Source: Candidatus Komeilibacteria bacterium RIFOXYD1_FULL_37_29 (GTDB lineage Bacteria > Patescibacteriota > Patescibacteriia > UBA1558 > GWA2-36-10). From it: a stretch of DNA of 64,000 bases. This document shows, piece by piece, positions 26,212 through 35,054 of this stretch (positions are counted from its first letter, which is position 1; the number at the start of each line of letters is the position of its first letter). The notes beneath the pieces are model-generated. The model was given only the letters and a program-made list of their open reading frames with translations, did not search any database and was not told the origin of the DNA. The position numbers and the translations under genes were made by a program. Location: NCBI GenBank assembly GCA_001818495.1, contig MHKS01000004.1, forward strand, positions 1,421 through 65,420. Direction: 5' to 3'.

Positions 26212-26226
26212 CGATGAGTTTTAATT

Positions 26227-26958
26227 TTATTGATTTAAGGCCGCTAAAAATAGATCTTCATTGGGTTTGTGGGGGAGATGGCCGATATTATTTATATAGT
26301 TTATTTTTATATAGCCATCACGATCAATGACAAGTTTCGTCACTGATGATTGATATATTTCCATTGATAAAAAGCCAATAATATCAGTATTTAAAATACT
26401 GGTGATCATCGCGCGGATTAAGTTGCCATGGCAAAAAAGTCCAACCCTTTGGCCTTTATTTTTTTTATAGATATCAGCTAAAATACGGCGGGATTTTTCT
26501 TGTAGTTTGTTCATCTTATCATTCATAGATGTATATTCCCGGACTTTTTTAATACGGGTTTTTTCAGACATTCTAAAATATTTTACTTTATACCATTCAG
26601 TCCAATCTACTTCATCTAGACGTTTATCTATATACATCTTTTTTTTGTGTTCTTTGGCAAATTCCTGAGCTGTTTCTTTGGACCTGACAAATTCACTGAT
26701 ATATATTTTTTCCAGCCCAATCTGTTTTAATTTATTATTAAGTAATTTCCTTTGTTTTTTACCCAATTTAGACAAAGGCATACCTTTGTCACCTAATTTT
26801 TTTTTGAGAGAATAGTCAGGATGGCAATGTCGTATCAGATAGATTCTGGTGTAGGGGCCATTAATTACCTGTCGGGTTTTAGCATAAGGAGTCTGCTCTT
26901 CTACCGATGGTTCTTTAAGGCCAAGCTTTACAAAAGGAATTGTTAATTTTATACTCAT
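26227..26958 (-). CDS. histidine phosphatase family protein
   Basis: IYLIRHCHPDY (RHG-type motif), SEFVRSKETAQ, CHGNLIRA C-terminal His motif. Confidence 0.6.
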   Translation of the reverse strand: MSIKLTIPFVKLGLKEPSVEEQTPYAKTRQVINGPYTRIYLIRHCHPDYSLKKKLGDKGMPLSKLGKKQRKLLNNKLKQIGLEKIYISEFVRSKETAQEFAKEHKKKMYIDKRLDEVDWTEWYKVKYFRMSEKTRIKKVREYTSMNDKMNKLQEKSRRILADIYKKNKGQRVGLFCHGNLIRAMITSILNTDIIGFLSMEIYQSSVTKLVIDRDGYIKINYINNIGHLPHKPNEDLFLAALNQ

Positions 26959-27065
26959 AATTTCATTTTACAGTATGTATTTTAATGTTATTTGATAAAA
27001 AAAGCAACCTTGTGGTTTGAAATAAAATGTGTTTTAATACGTATTAGATAAAAGCCCACTCACAC

Positions 27066-27647
27066 ATGTCAATTGTCCAAAATCCAGACAAATTATCGGA
27101 CGAAGAAATCGTTAGGCTTACTTTAAAAGAGAAAGACAATTTTTTGTATTTGATTAAAAGATATGAAGGTAAACTAAGCCGTTATATCAGTCGTATCGCT
27201 GGGCTAAATAAAGAAGACACGGAAGATATTTTGCAAGAAGTTTTTATAAAAACTTATCAAAATATCAATAGCTTTGATAAAGATTTAAAATTTTCTTCCT
27301 GGATTTATCGTATTACTCATAATGAGGTGATTGATAATTATCGCAAAAAACAAGCTAGGCCACAGATGATTACTTATGATAATGAATTAATACTAAATAA
27401 TATCATTGGTGATTTGGATATTTCTCGCGAGCTTGATCGTAAGTATTTGCAGACACATATTAGTCAGCTTCTTAGCAGTTTAGATTTGAAGTATCGGGAA
27501 GTGTTGGTTTTAAAATTTTTGGAAGAAAAAGAATATAAAGAAATATCGGATATTTTAAAAAAACCAATGGGCACGGTAGCTACTCTGATCAATCGGGCCA
27601 AAAAGCAGTTTCTGGAAAAATTAAAAAAACAAGATATTAAATTATAA
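27066..27647 (+). CDS. ECF-type RNA polymerase sigma-70 family factor
   Basis: Region 2 (TEDILQEVFIKTYQNI...SWIYRITHNEVIDNYR), region 4 (KEYKEISDILKKPMGTVATLINRAKK). Confidence 0.8.
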   Translation: MSIVQNPDKLSDEEIVRLTLKEKDNFLYLIKRYEGKLSRYISRIAGLNKEDTEDILQEVFIKTYQNINSFDKDLKFSSWIYRITHNEVIDNYRKKQARPQMITYDNELILNNIIGDLDISRELDRKYLQTHISQLLSSLDLKYREVLVLKFLEEKEYKEISDILKKPMGTVATLINRAKKQFLEKLKKQDIKL

Positions 27648-27650
27648 TAT

Positions 27651-28412
27651 ATGGAGGAAAAAGATATTTCTCAAGAAATACTTGATAAAATAAAGGAAGT
27701 TAAACCAAAACCCCGTTGGCAATTTTTGCTGAATGATTATTTGATTTGGTTTTTGGCCAGTTTCTCCTTGATTGTTAGTAGTCTAGCCTTTGCCGTTGTT
27801 TTATATATGTTGGTAGATAATGATTGGGATGTCTATACTCGTATCAGCAACAGCCTATTGGAATTTGTATTTTTGACATTTCCTTATTTTTGGTTGATAT
27901 TTTTGGGAGGATTTATTTTAATTACCTATTATAATTTTCGGCATACTAAAAATGGATACAAGTATCCGCTTAGTAAAATATTTTTAGCTTCGTTTTTAAT
28001 AAATATATTGCTCGGCACATTTTTATATAATGTCGGAGTCGGCCAAGCTATTGATAATGCGGTAGCCAAACGTGTGCCTTTTTATAAAGAATTTATTAAT
28101 AAAAGAAAGCACATTTGGTCTAGAATTGATGATGGTCTTTTGGGGGGAGTGGTCACGGCTATTGAAGAAGAATATATACTTATAAAAGATATAGAGGGAA
28201 ATGTTTGGACTATAAAGCATTTTAATACTACTACTCCAGAATTTGTTCGTTTGCAACTTGGTCAGCCGGTTCGCATTATTGGTCAAAAAATAGACAGTCA
28301 AAATTTTGAAATGTTTATAATGCTACCGATGCGCGGTATGCATTGGATGAGGGGGCAAAATTTTCCGCCAGCTGTACCACCACCTATGATCAATGAAAGA
28401 AATTTTAGATAA
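27651..28412 (+). CDS. membrane protein downstream of sigma factor (putative anti-sigma)
   Basis: Start 4 nt after sigma stop; 3-4 TM helices then soluble domain; context only. Confidence 0.4.
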   Translation: MEEKDISQEILDKIKEVKPKPRWQFLLNDYLIWFLASFSLIVSSLAFAVVLYMLVDNDWDVYTRISNSLLEFVFLTFPYFWLIFLGGFILITYYNFRHTKNGYKYPLSKIFLASFLINILLGTFLYNVGVGQAIDNAVAKRVPFYKEFINKRKHIWSRIDDGLLGGVVTAIEEEYILIKDIEGNVWTIKHFNTTTPEFVRLQLGQPVRIIGQKIDSQNFEMFIMLPMRGMHWMRGQNFPPAVPPPMINERNFR

Positions 28413-28480
28413 AAGCGTATTAATAAAATAGAAAGCCCGATCGATCGCTTTTATTTAATCAACCTAAGAGAATAATTAAC

Positions 28481-28927
28481 ATGAAGAAAAGTAAATTTTA
28501 TTTACTCAGTGGATTTTTGGGTCTAGTGGCTACCACGCTTATCGTATCTTCTTTAGCTTCGGCCCATGGTTTGGGCGGACAATTTGATCGGGGCAATATT
28601 TCTCCTGAGCGACAACAGGCCATGGAGGAAGCTCGTCAAGAAATGGAGACATATCATAATGTCATTGTCACAGCTTTAGACAATGGTGATTATGAGGCTT
28701 GGAAAACAGCCATGGATAGTCATCCTAGAATAACCGATATTATCAATGCTGATAATTTTGGGCAGTTTGTCCAAATGCATAACTATATGCAAGAAGGAGA
28801 TTTTGAGGCAGCTCAAGAAATACGAGATGAATTGGGCTTGGAAAAAGCTGGACCAATGATGGGTATGGGATTTGGCCGAGGCTTGAGAATGGGGCATCAA
28901 TTTAGAGGAGAAAATTTAGTCGAATAA
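28481..28927 (+). CDS. secreted small protein with Met/Gly-rich C-terminus (possible metal-binding)
   Basis: Signal peptide; GPMMGMGFGRGLRMGHQFRG tail; SD AAGAGAATAATTAACATG weak. Confidence 0.4.
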   Translation: MKKSKFYLLSGFLGLVATTLIVSSLASAHGLGGQFDRGNISPERQQAMEEARQEMETYHNVIVTALDNGDYEAWKTAMDSHPRITDIINADNFGQFVQMHNYMQEGDFEAAQEIRDELGLEKAGPMMGMGFGRGLRMGHQFRGENLVE

Positions 28928-28954
28928 TAAAAGAAGTAAGGAGATTTTCATAAC

Positions 28955-28988
28955 AAAAAAACACCCGGGCGCGATGGGTGTTTTTTTA
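28955..28988. terminator. bidirectional terminator ACACCC-gggcgcgat-GGGTGT flanked by A7/T7
   Basis: Hairpin between convergent genes. Confidence 0.55.
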
Positions 28989-28993
28989 TCTTT

Positions 28994-29539
28994 TTATTTT
29001 AACCAGGGATTATTTTTTACCAAAGGGCATTTTTGCCACTGCTGACCCAGTCCCAAATTATTACCGGCCTCATCAATGTATAGTCCCATCAAAATTAAAA
29101 TATAAATTATATGCTCGTCTACTAGGGGGTTATGCTCTGGTGGTAAAACAGCCAGATACATGAGTGCAAACATCATAGCTCCACCTAAGGTAGCCAAACG
29201 GCTAGCAATACCCAGTATGAGTGCTAGACCGATGAAAAGTAAGCCCAACATAAATAGCCAATCGACTAGGGGTTGGCCGGCCATCGCCTGGAAGATTTCT
29301 TTAAAAGGTCCACTACTGCCAAATTTTAAAAAGCCCAAAGTGGGTGAAGTGCCACCGAGCCAGGACTTATCAGCTTCGGTGGTAAAACTCAAGCCAAAAA
29401 CTTTATCCAAAAATGCCCAGAGTAAGAGCCAACCGAGAAAAATTCTCAGTAGTCCCTTGGAGTATTTTAATTTATCTTTCATTTTTTTGTGGGTTAATTT
29501 TTTTATTAGTAAAAGGAACACATTTTTTTGATAGATCAA
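28994..29539 (-). CDS. DoxX-family membrane protein
   Basis: LRIFLGWLLLWAFLDKV...4 TM layout typical of DoxX; start may be the internal Met. Confidence 0.5.
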   Translation of the reverse strand: MIYQKNVFLLLIKKLTHKKMKDKLKYSKGLLRIFLGWLLLWAFLDKVFGLSFTTEADKSWLGGTSPTLGFLKFGSSGPFKEIFQAMAGQPLVDWLFMLGLLFIGLALILGIASRLATLGGAMMFALMYLAVLPPEHNPLVDEHIIYILILMGLYIDEAGNNLGLGQQWQKCPLVKNNPWLK

Positions 29540-30161
29540 CTGATAGACGAAATATTATTACCACTATGACAAAAACAGTCAACAGTAAGCGAGGTGGAGG
29601 AAATCCTTCGGGAGAATTGAGATACTCTAGCCATACAGTTTTTTCTATAAAATAAGCTCTCAGCGCTAAAAGTAACCAGGCCAAATAGCCCAAGCGCAAC
29701 ATTTGGCGCCATATTTTTGGCCCTAGCCGCAACATCATCTTGTCCGTAGAAATAATGGCTAGGAAAGTAAAAATAGCCATGGAAATAGTGCCTAGTAAGA
29801 TGTCGGCTGAAAATAGATTATCAAAAAAATGGAATAAATATTTGTTCTGGTCTACTAGTAAAAGTGATAAGCTATAAGCTAGAGCCAGCCAATAAGCCGC
29901 CAGACCGATTTGTTTGCGATAGCCGATTTTGGTATCTAAAAAATCCCACCAATAACAAAACCCACTGAGCGAAAAAGAGATACCCAAAAGTAAAGCAGAA
30001 GTACCAGCTAAAGCCTTGGAGATAGTAAGAAAATTAAAAGATTTATCTAACCAATAGGTCAGCCCTAGTAGACCAATATAAATCACCAAAGCCAAGATCC
30101 AGCTATGTATCCATATTTTTCTTTTGATATGCTTTTGAAATATGTCTTTTGTTTCCAACAT
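29472..30161 (-). CDS. polytopic membrane protein (about 6 TM), hypothetical
   Basis: Hydrophobicity; overlaps 3' of next gene by up to 68 nt. Confidence 0.4.
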   Translation of the reverse strand: MLETKDIFQKHIKRKIWIHSWILALVIYIGLLGLTYWLDKSFNFLTISKALAGTSALLLGISFSLSGFCYWWDFLDTKIGYRKQIGLAAYWLALAYSLSLLLVDQNKYLFHFFDNLFSADILLGTISMAIFTFLAIISTDKMMLRLGPKIWRQMLRLGYLAWLLLALRAYFIEKTVWLEYLNSPEGFPPPRLLLTVFVIVVIIFRLSVDLSKKCVPFTNKKINPQKNER

Positions 30162-30229
30162 TGTCTATATTATACTAAATTATGCTTTATTTACAAAATA
30201 GTGTTTTCAGGTATAATATAAAAGTATCT

Positions 30230-30607
30230 ATGAAATTGAAGCAAAGTAGAATAGTTATTTTTTCTTTATTTATCTCTTTGGTTAATTTATTAGCCGTAGG
30301 CTGCTTTTTTGCTGGGCAAAGTCTGATGGATACCCATGATCATACACCTATGGTTAGTGAGTGTTGTAGCATTAGCAGTAGCGATTCATCAGAACATGTT
30401 GGCTACGGTCTAGAATACAATTTAACGGATATCGATTATTTATTATTGAATGTAGGGCTGTTGGTAGCCTTGATGCTGGTCGTATATGTAAAAGAAATAA
30501 ATTTTTTAAATTATTATACTATTAAAGATCGTTACGGCGGTTTCAAATTATTTTATAAATTTATTCTTTTGTTTAAAAAGGGGATACTCAATCCGAAAAT
30601 CTACTAG
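30230..30607 (+). CDS. small membrane protein with Cys/His-rich segment (possible metal-related)
   Basis: TATAAT at 30212-30217 only 12 nt before ATG 30230 (near-leaderless); TM helix then HDHTPMVSECCSISSSDSSEH. Confidence 0.35.
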   Translation: MKLKQSRIVIFSLFISLVNLLAVGCFFAGQSLMDTHDHTPMVSECCSISSSDSSEHVGYGLEYNLTDIDYLLLNVGLLVALMLVVYVKEINFLNYYTIKDRYGGFKLFYKFILLFKKGILNPKIY

Positions 30608-30697
30608 CCCGTATTATCTAGGCCTTGCTTTTGTATTTTTTAGTAATTTAATTAAAGTGGGCTTTTTTGATAGTTAAAATAATGATAATTTATTAAT

Positions 30698-32032
30698 ATG
30701 AAAAATAAACAAAGTAAATCTATATATATATCGGGCATGACTTGTACTTCTTGTGAGGTCTTGATAACGGACGTTTTGAAAGAGGAGGGCGTTAAAGACA
30801 TTAAAATTAGTCATAGCCGCGGGCGAGCTGATGTTGAATATGAAGCTGGCCAAATATCTTGGGATCGGATTTTTAAAAAAATTAAAACTTTGGGATATGG
30901 TACTTCTTTTGAACCCATTAAAGAAGAAAAAGTTAGAGTCACAGGTGAACAGTGGTTTTACGCTGTGTTAATAGTTTTTGGTTTGTATTTAGTTTATAAA
31001 TACTTACAGTGGATCGGGCTACTAGATTGGCTTAAAGTTGATACTAATAATATAAATTATGGAGCAGCCTTTATTATTGGTGTTGTGGCCTCACTATCTA
31101 CTTGTTTGGTAGTGGTCGGGGCGGTGGTCGTTTCTTTTGCCGCTAAATATCAGTCTTATGGTACGTTTTATCAGCGTAATGTAAAGCCACATTTATTGTT
31201 TCATCTGGGACGACTACTAACATTTTTTGTCTTAGGCGGAGTTTTGGGTTTAGTCGGCTCATGGTTTAATATTTCAGATTTTTTTGTTAGCTGGTTTACT
31301 ATTTTTATTGCACTTATTTTATTATGGTTAGCTTTAAATATTTTAGGGCTAGTGCCGTCTTTAAGTGTTTTGGGTATTAGGATGCCCAAAAATAGTTTGG
31401 CTTTATGGAAAAAATTACAGACATCAGAGCATGCTTTGGCACCCTTTGTTTTAGGAGGGTTTACTTTTTTTCTGCCTTGCGGCTTTACTCAGAGTATGCA
31501 GCTTTTTGCTATGGCTTCAGGCGATTTTATGACCGGAGCCATCACTTTAACTTTATTTGCCTTAGGCACTACGCCGGTTTTGTTTGGTTTAGGAGTAGCT
31601 ACTACTCGGTTTAATAATATGAAAGCGGTGGTCTTACAAAAAGCTATTGGTTTTATAGTATTATTATTTGCTTTTTATACACTATCTTCTGGATTGGCCA
31701 TCAGAGGCATAAATATTGATTTGTTCTCCAACCAGGCTACTACTATCAGTAGCGCAGTCAGAGAAGATAATGTTCAAGTGATCAATATGAAGGTAGATTA
31801 TAGTGCTTATACCCCTAGTACCTTTAAATTGGAAAAAGGTGTGCCAGTTAAATGGATTATTGATGGAACTGAAGCTGTTGGATGTACCAATGCAATTATT
31901 GTGCCGGACTTAGGAATTAAAAAAACTCTTACGGCCGGAGAAAATATTATTGAATTTACACCACAGGAAGTTGGAACAATTAATTTTTCTTGTTCAATGG
32001 GCATGGTGCGCGGTAAGTTTATTGTTGAATAA
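30698..32032 (+). CDS. fusion protein: N-terminal heavy-metal-associated (HMA) domain + polytopic membrane domain with conserved Cys + C-terminal beta-rich domain
   Basis: GMTCTSCE (MxCxxC) HMA motif; TM segments with STCLVV and FFLPCGF cysteines (CcdA/DsbD- or MerT-like); immediately upstream of copA. Confidence 0.5.
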   Translation: MKNKQSKSIYISGMTCTSCEVLITDVLKEEGVKDIKISHSRGRADVEYEAGQISWDRIFKKIKTLGYGTSFEPIKEEKVRVTGEQWFYAVLIVFGLYLVYKYLQWIGLLDWLKVDTNNINYGAAFIIGVVASLSTCLVVVGAVVVSFAAKYQSYGTFYQRNVKPHLLFHLGRLLTFFVLGGVLGLVGSWFNISDFFVSWFTIFIALILLWLALNILGLVPSLSVLGIRMPKNSLALWKKLQTSEHALAPFVLGGFTFFLPCGFTQSMQLFAMASGDFMTGAITLTLFALGTTPVLFGLGVATTRFNNMKAVVLQKAIGFIVLLFAFYTLSSGLAIRGINIDLFSNQATTISSAVREDNVQVINMKVDYSAYTPSTFKLEKGVPVKWIIDGTEAVGCTNAIIVPDLGIKKTLTAGENIIEFTPQEVGTINFSCSMGMVRGKFIVE

Positions 32033-32047
32033 TTTATTATAAAATAT

Positions 32048-34210
32048 ATGGAAAGTATAAATTTAAAGATTTCGGGGATGCATTGTGCTTCCTGCGCTCT
32101 CAATATAGAGAAAAACATCAAAAAAAAGCCAGGGGTAAAGAACGTTAGTGTTAACTATGCCAATAATCAAGCTAGGGTAGAATTTGATAATGCTCAGATT
32201 ACTCGTCAGGATATCGAGGTAGCTGTTTCGCAGGCTGGTGATTATAAAGTGGTAGGAGAACATGAGCACGGTCTGGAGATTGATTTAACCAAAAAAGCTT
32301 ATAAAAAGTTTATCTGGGCACTTATTTTTACTCTACCACTTTTAGTCACTATGTTTTATAGGCCAGATTTTAATGTGATGATTTCTGGTATTGGTTTGGA
32401 AGAATGGTTAGTGCACAATTTAACTTTTATTGTGGTCTTTATCAGCGGTTGGCAGTTTCATCGGGGTATGTGGTTACAGCTGAAAAGACTAAGAGCCAAT
32501 ATGGATACACTGATTTCCATTGGCACACTAGCGGCTTATTTTTATAGTTTATATGCTATGTTTTCTGACAAGCATGTTTATTATGAAACCGCGGCAGTGA
32601 TTATTACTTTGATATTACTAGGTAAATATCTGGAAGAAAAAAGTAAGGGTCGGGCCTCTACCGCTATTAAACAACTTTTGTCTTTAGGAGTAAAAATGGC
32701 TACGGTTTTAATCGGAGTAAAGGAGGAAAAAAGAAATGTTGAGCATCTAAAAATTAATGATGTTGTTTTAGTTAAGCCGGGAGAAAAAATTCCACTAGAT
32801 GGTGAGATTATAGCTGGTGAAACCTCTATTGATGAATCAATGCTCACCGGAGAAAGTGTACCAGTAGAGAAAAAAATCGGTGATTCTGTCTATGGAGCAA
32901 CTATTAATAATCAGGGAGTGATTAAGATAAGAATTACTAAAATTGGTGCCGACACTGTCTTGTCCCAGATTATAAAATTGGTTGAAGATGCCCAAGCTTC
33001 TAAAGCGCCAATTCAAAAATTGGCTGATAGAGTTTCGGGGATTTTTGTACCGGCGGTCATTGCTATAGCTATTTTTACCTTTGTGGTATGGTTTTGGCTA
33101 GTGGGAGCTGGATTAGAAATTAGCTTAATAAATGCTGTCGCGGTTATTGTGATTGCTTGTCCTTGTGCTTTAGGATTGGCTACGCCGACAGCTATTATGG
33201 TGGGTTCTGGGCATGGTGCGGCTAACGGAATATTGATCAAAGATTCACAAAGCTTAGAGGTGGCCCATAAGATTGATGTGGTAGTTTTTGACAAAACTGG
33301 TACTTTGACCGAAGGACAGCCGACAGTGACAGATATAAAAGTTTTAGACTCCAATTCATCAGAAGACAAAATTATGTCTTTGGCCTGCTCTTTGGAAGCT
33401 AGTAGCGAACATTCTCTAGCCAATGCTTTTTTAAAGTATGCGCGTTATAAAAAAATAAAACTAGAAAATACCAGTCAGGTAACTGCTTTAAAAGGTAAGG
33501 GCATTAGTGGACTAGTAGGTAGTAAAAAAATATATTTAGGCAATAAGGAGCTTTTAAAAGATCTGGGTATAAAATCTACTGAGCTACAGGATAAAATTTT
33601 TGAAAATTATGCTAGCCAAGCCAAAACACCAATTTATTTTGTAAAAGATAATCAAGTAGTAGCAGTCATAGCGGTCGCCGATATTATCCGTTTATCTTCT
33701 CGCGAGGCAATTAAAAAATTACAGCAGAGCATGGAAGTATATATGCTGACTGGTGATCACAAACTAACCGCTCAGGCTATTGCCAAGGATTTGGGGATTA
33801 AAAATGTTATCGCTGAAGTTTTACCAGATCAAAAAGTAGCCAAGATTCGTGAGCTTAAAAAACAGGGCAAGGTCGTGGCCTTTGTGGGAGATGGCATCAA
33901 TGACGCTCCAGCGTTGACTTTGGCTGATTTGGGTATTGCAGTCGGTGGCGGTACAGACATTGCTATGGAAAGCGGTAATATTGTGCTCATGAATAGCGAT
34001 CCAATGAAAGTAATTAGTGCCATTAATTTATCTAAAAAGACCTTTAGAGTTATTAAGGAAAATTTATTTTTTGCTTTTATTTATAATGTGATTGCTATTC
34101 CGCTAGCAGCTTTGGGGCTACTGAGTCCTATGATTGCTGCTGCTGCTATGAGCTTTAGTAGTGTTTCGGTAGTGGTCAATAGTTTGAGAATCAGGCGCGC
34201 TAAAATATAA
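32048..34210 (+). CDS. copA: copper-translocating P1B-type ATPase
   Basis: N-terminal [16 protein letters not shown] motif, DKTGTLT phosphorylation site, GDGINDAP hinge. Confidence 0.92.
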   Translation: MESINLKISGMHCASCALNIEKNIKKKPGVKNVSVNYANNQARVEFDNAQITRQDIEVAVSQAGDYKVVGEHEHGLEIDLTKKAYKKFIWALIFTLPLLVTMFYRPDFNVMISGIGLEEWLVHNLTFIVVFISGWQFHRGMWLQLKRLRANMDTLISIGTLAAYFYSLYAMFSDKHVYYETAAVIITLILLGKYLEEKSKGRASTAIKQLLSLGVKMATVLIGVKEEKRNVEHLKINDVVLVKPGEKIPLDGEIIAGETSIDESMLTGESVPVEKKIGDSVYGATINNQGVIKIRITKIGADTVLSQIIKLVEDAQASKAPIQKLADRVSGIFVPAVIAIAIFTFVVWFWLVGAGLEISLINAVAVIVIACPCALGLATPTAIMVGSGHGAANGILIKDSQSLEVAHKIDVVVFDKTGTLTEGQPTVTDIKVLDSNSSEDKIMSLACSLEASSEHSLANAFLKYARYKKIKLENTSQVTALKGKGISGLVGSKKIYLGNKELLKDLGIKSTELQDKIFENYASQAKTPIYFVKDNQVVAVIAVADIIRLSSREAIKKLQQSMEVYMLTGDHKLTAQAIAKDLGIKNVIAEVLPDQKVAKIRELKKQGKVVAFVGDGINDAPALTLADLGIAVGGGTDIAMESGNIVLMNSDPMKVISAINLSKKTFRVIKENLFFAFIYNVIAIPLAALGLLSPMIAAAAMSFSSVSVVVNSLRIRRAKI

Positions 34211-34225
34211 CTATTATATTTACAA

Positions 34226-34256
34226 AAACACCCCCAGGGGTGTTTTTGTTTTTTGA
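34226..34256 (+). terminator. terminator AAAACACCCC-cag-GGGTGTTTTTGTTTTTT
   Basis: GC hairpin + T-run. Confidence 0.65.
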
Positions 34257-34299
34257 CTAAAAATGCTATACTTTTTAAGTAAATATTAAATATAAATAT

Positions 34300-34896
34300 A
34301 TGTCTGTTAAGAAAAAAGCCAACAAATCTTCAGTTAGAAAGCTAAAATTACCGACTAAAACTATTGGTTATTTGGAAAAAGCTGGCGTTAAACACAATCT
34401 TTTACAGCACAAGACAATTTATACAGCTGTTGACGCCGCCAATACTATGAAGAAAAAAATGGCCGAAATCGCCAAATCACTTTTGGTTAAAGCCGATAAA
34501 GATTATTATATGGTACTTTTGCCAGCGGATCATAATTTAGATATGGATAAAATCAAAAAAGTTTTAAGTAAGGGTAAACAAAAACAAGTTAAAGTAGTCA
34601 AGATTCCCGGAGAGTCGGTGGCTCGAGATTTTTTGAAAGTAAAAAATGATGCTATTGCTGCTTTTGGGTCACTTTATAAATTGCCGGTGATTGTAGAAAA
34701 AAGGTTAGCCAATATTAAGAAGGCAGTTTTTTCCTCAGAAAGTTTTAATCATTCAGTGGAAATGACGGTTAAAGATTTCATTAATTTGGAGAAAGCCCTG
34801 GTGGACTCTTTTGGCATTAAAAAGAAAATTAAAAAAGTTCCAGCCCCAACCAAGAAAAAATCTACTAGTAAAAAAGTCCGCAGAAAAAACAAATAG
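34300..34896 (+). CDS. YbaK/ProX-family aminoacyl-tRNA deacylase-like protein with lysine-rich tails
   Basis: HKTIYTAVDAANTM...KSLLVK...YMVLLPADHNLDMDKIKKVL pattern matching YbaK/ProX deacylase domain. Confidence 0.5.
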   Translation: MSVKKKANKSSVRKLKLPTKTIGYLEKAGVKHNLLQHKTIYTAVDAANTMKKKMAEIAKSLLVKADKDYYMVLLPADHNLDMDKIKKVLSKGKQKQVKVVKIPGESVARDFLKVKNDAIAAFGSLYKLPVIVEKRLANIKKAVFSSESFNHSVEMTVKDFINLEKALVDSFGIKKKIKKVPAPTKKKSTSKKVRRKNK

Positions 34897-34920
34897 TTAG
34901 TCGTTGAGTTATAAAAATAA

Positions 34921-34949
34921 AACACCCAGCTTTTAGGCAGGGTGTTTTA
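34921..34949 (+). terminator. terminator AACACCC-agcttttaggc-AGGGTGTTTT
   Basis: Hairpin + T-run; followed by -10 TGGTATAAT 35002-35010. Confidence 0.5.
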
Positions 34950-35054
34950 AGTAGGAGAGATTTAGCCATAGAACTTTTATTTTGTCTAAAGGGGCTATTT
35001 CTGGTATAATTTAAGTATACTTGCCTGTTGTTAGGTAGCATAATAAATTTCACT

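Noticed and set aside
35028-35054. TTG start for pilB at 35028 (also TTG 18486 for the first sigma factor and 8281 for the HAD gene)
   Set aside because: These upstream starts are non-ATG and would begin within or immediately after the -10 box or the intergenic repeat. In-frame ATG codons at 35055, 18546 and 8374 give N-termini matching family conventions.
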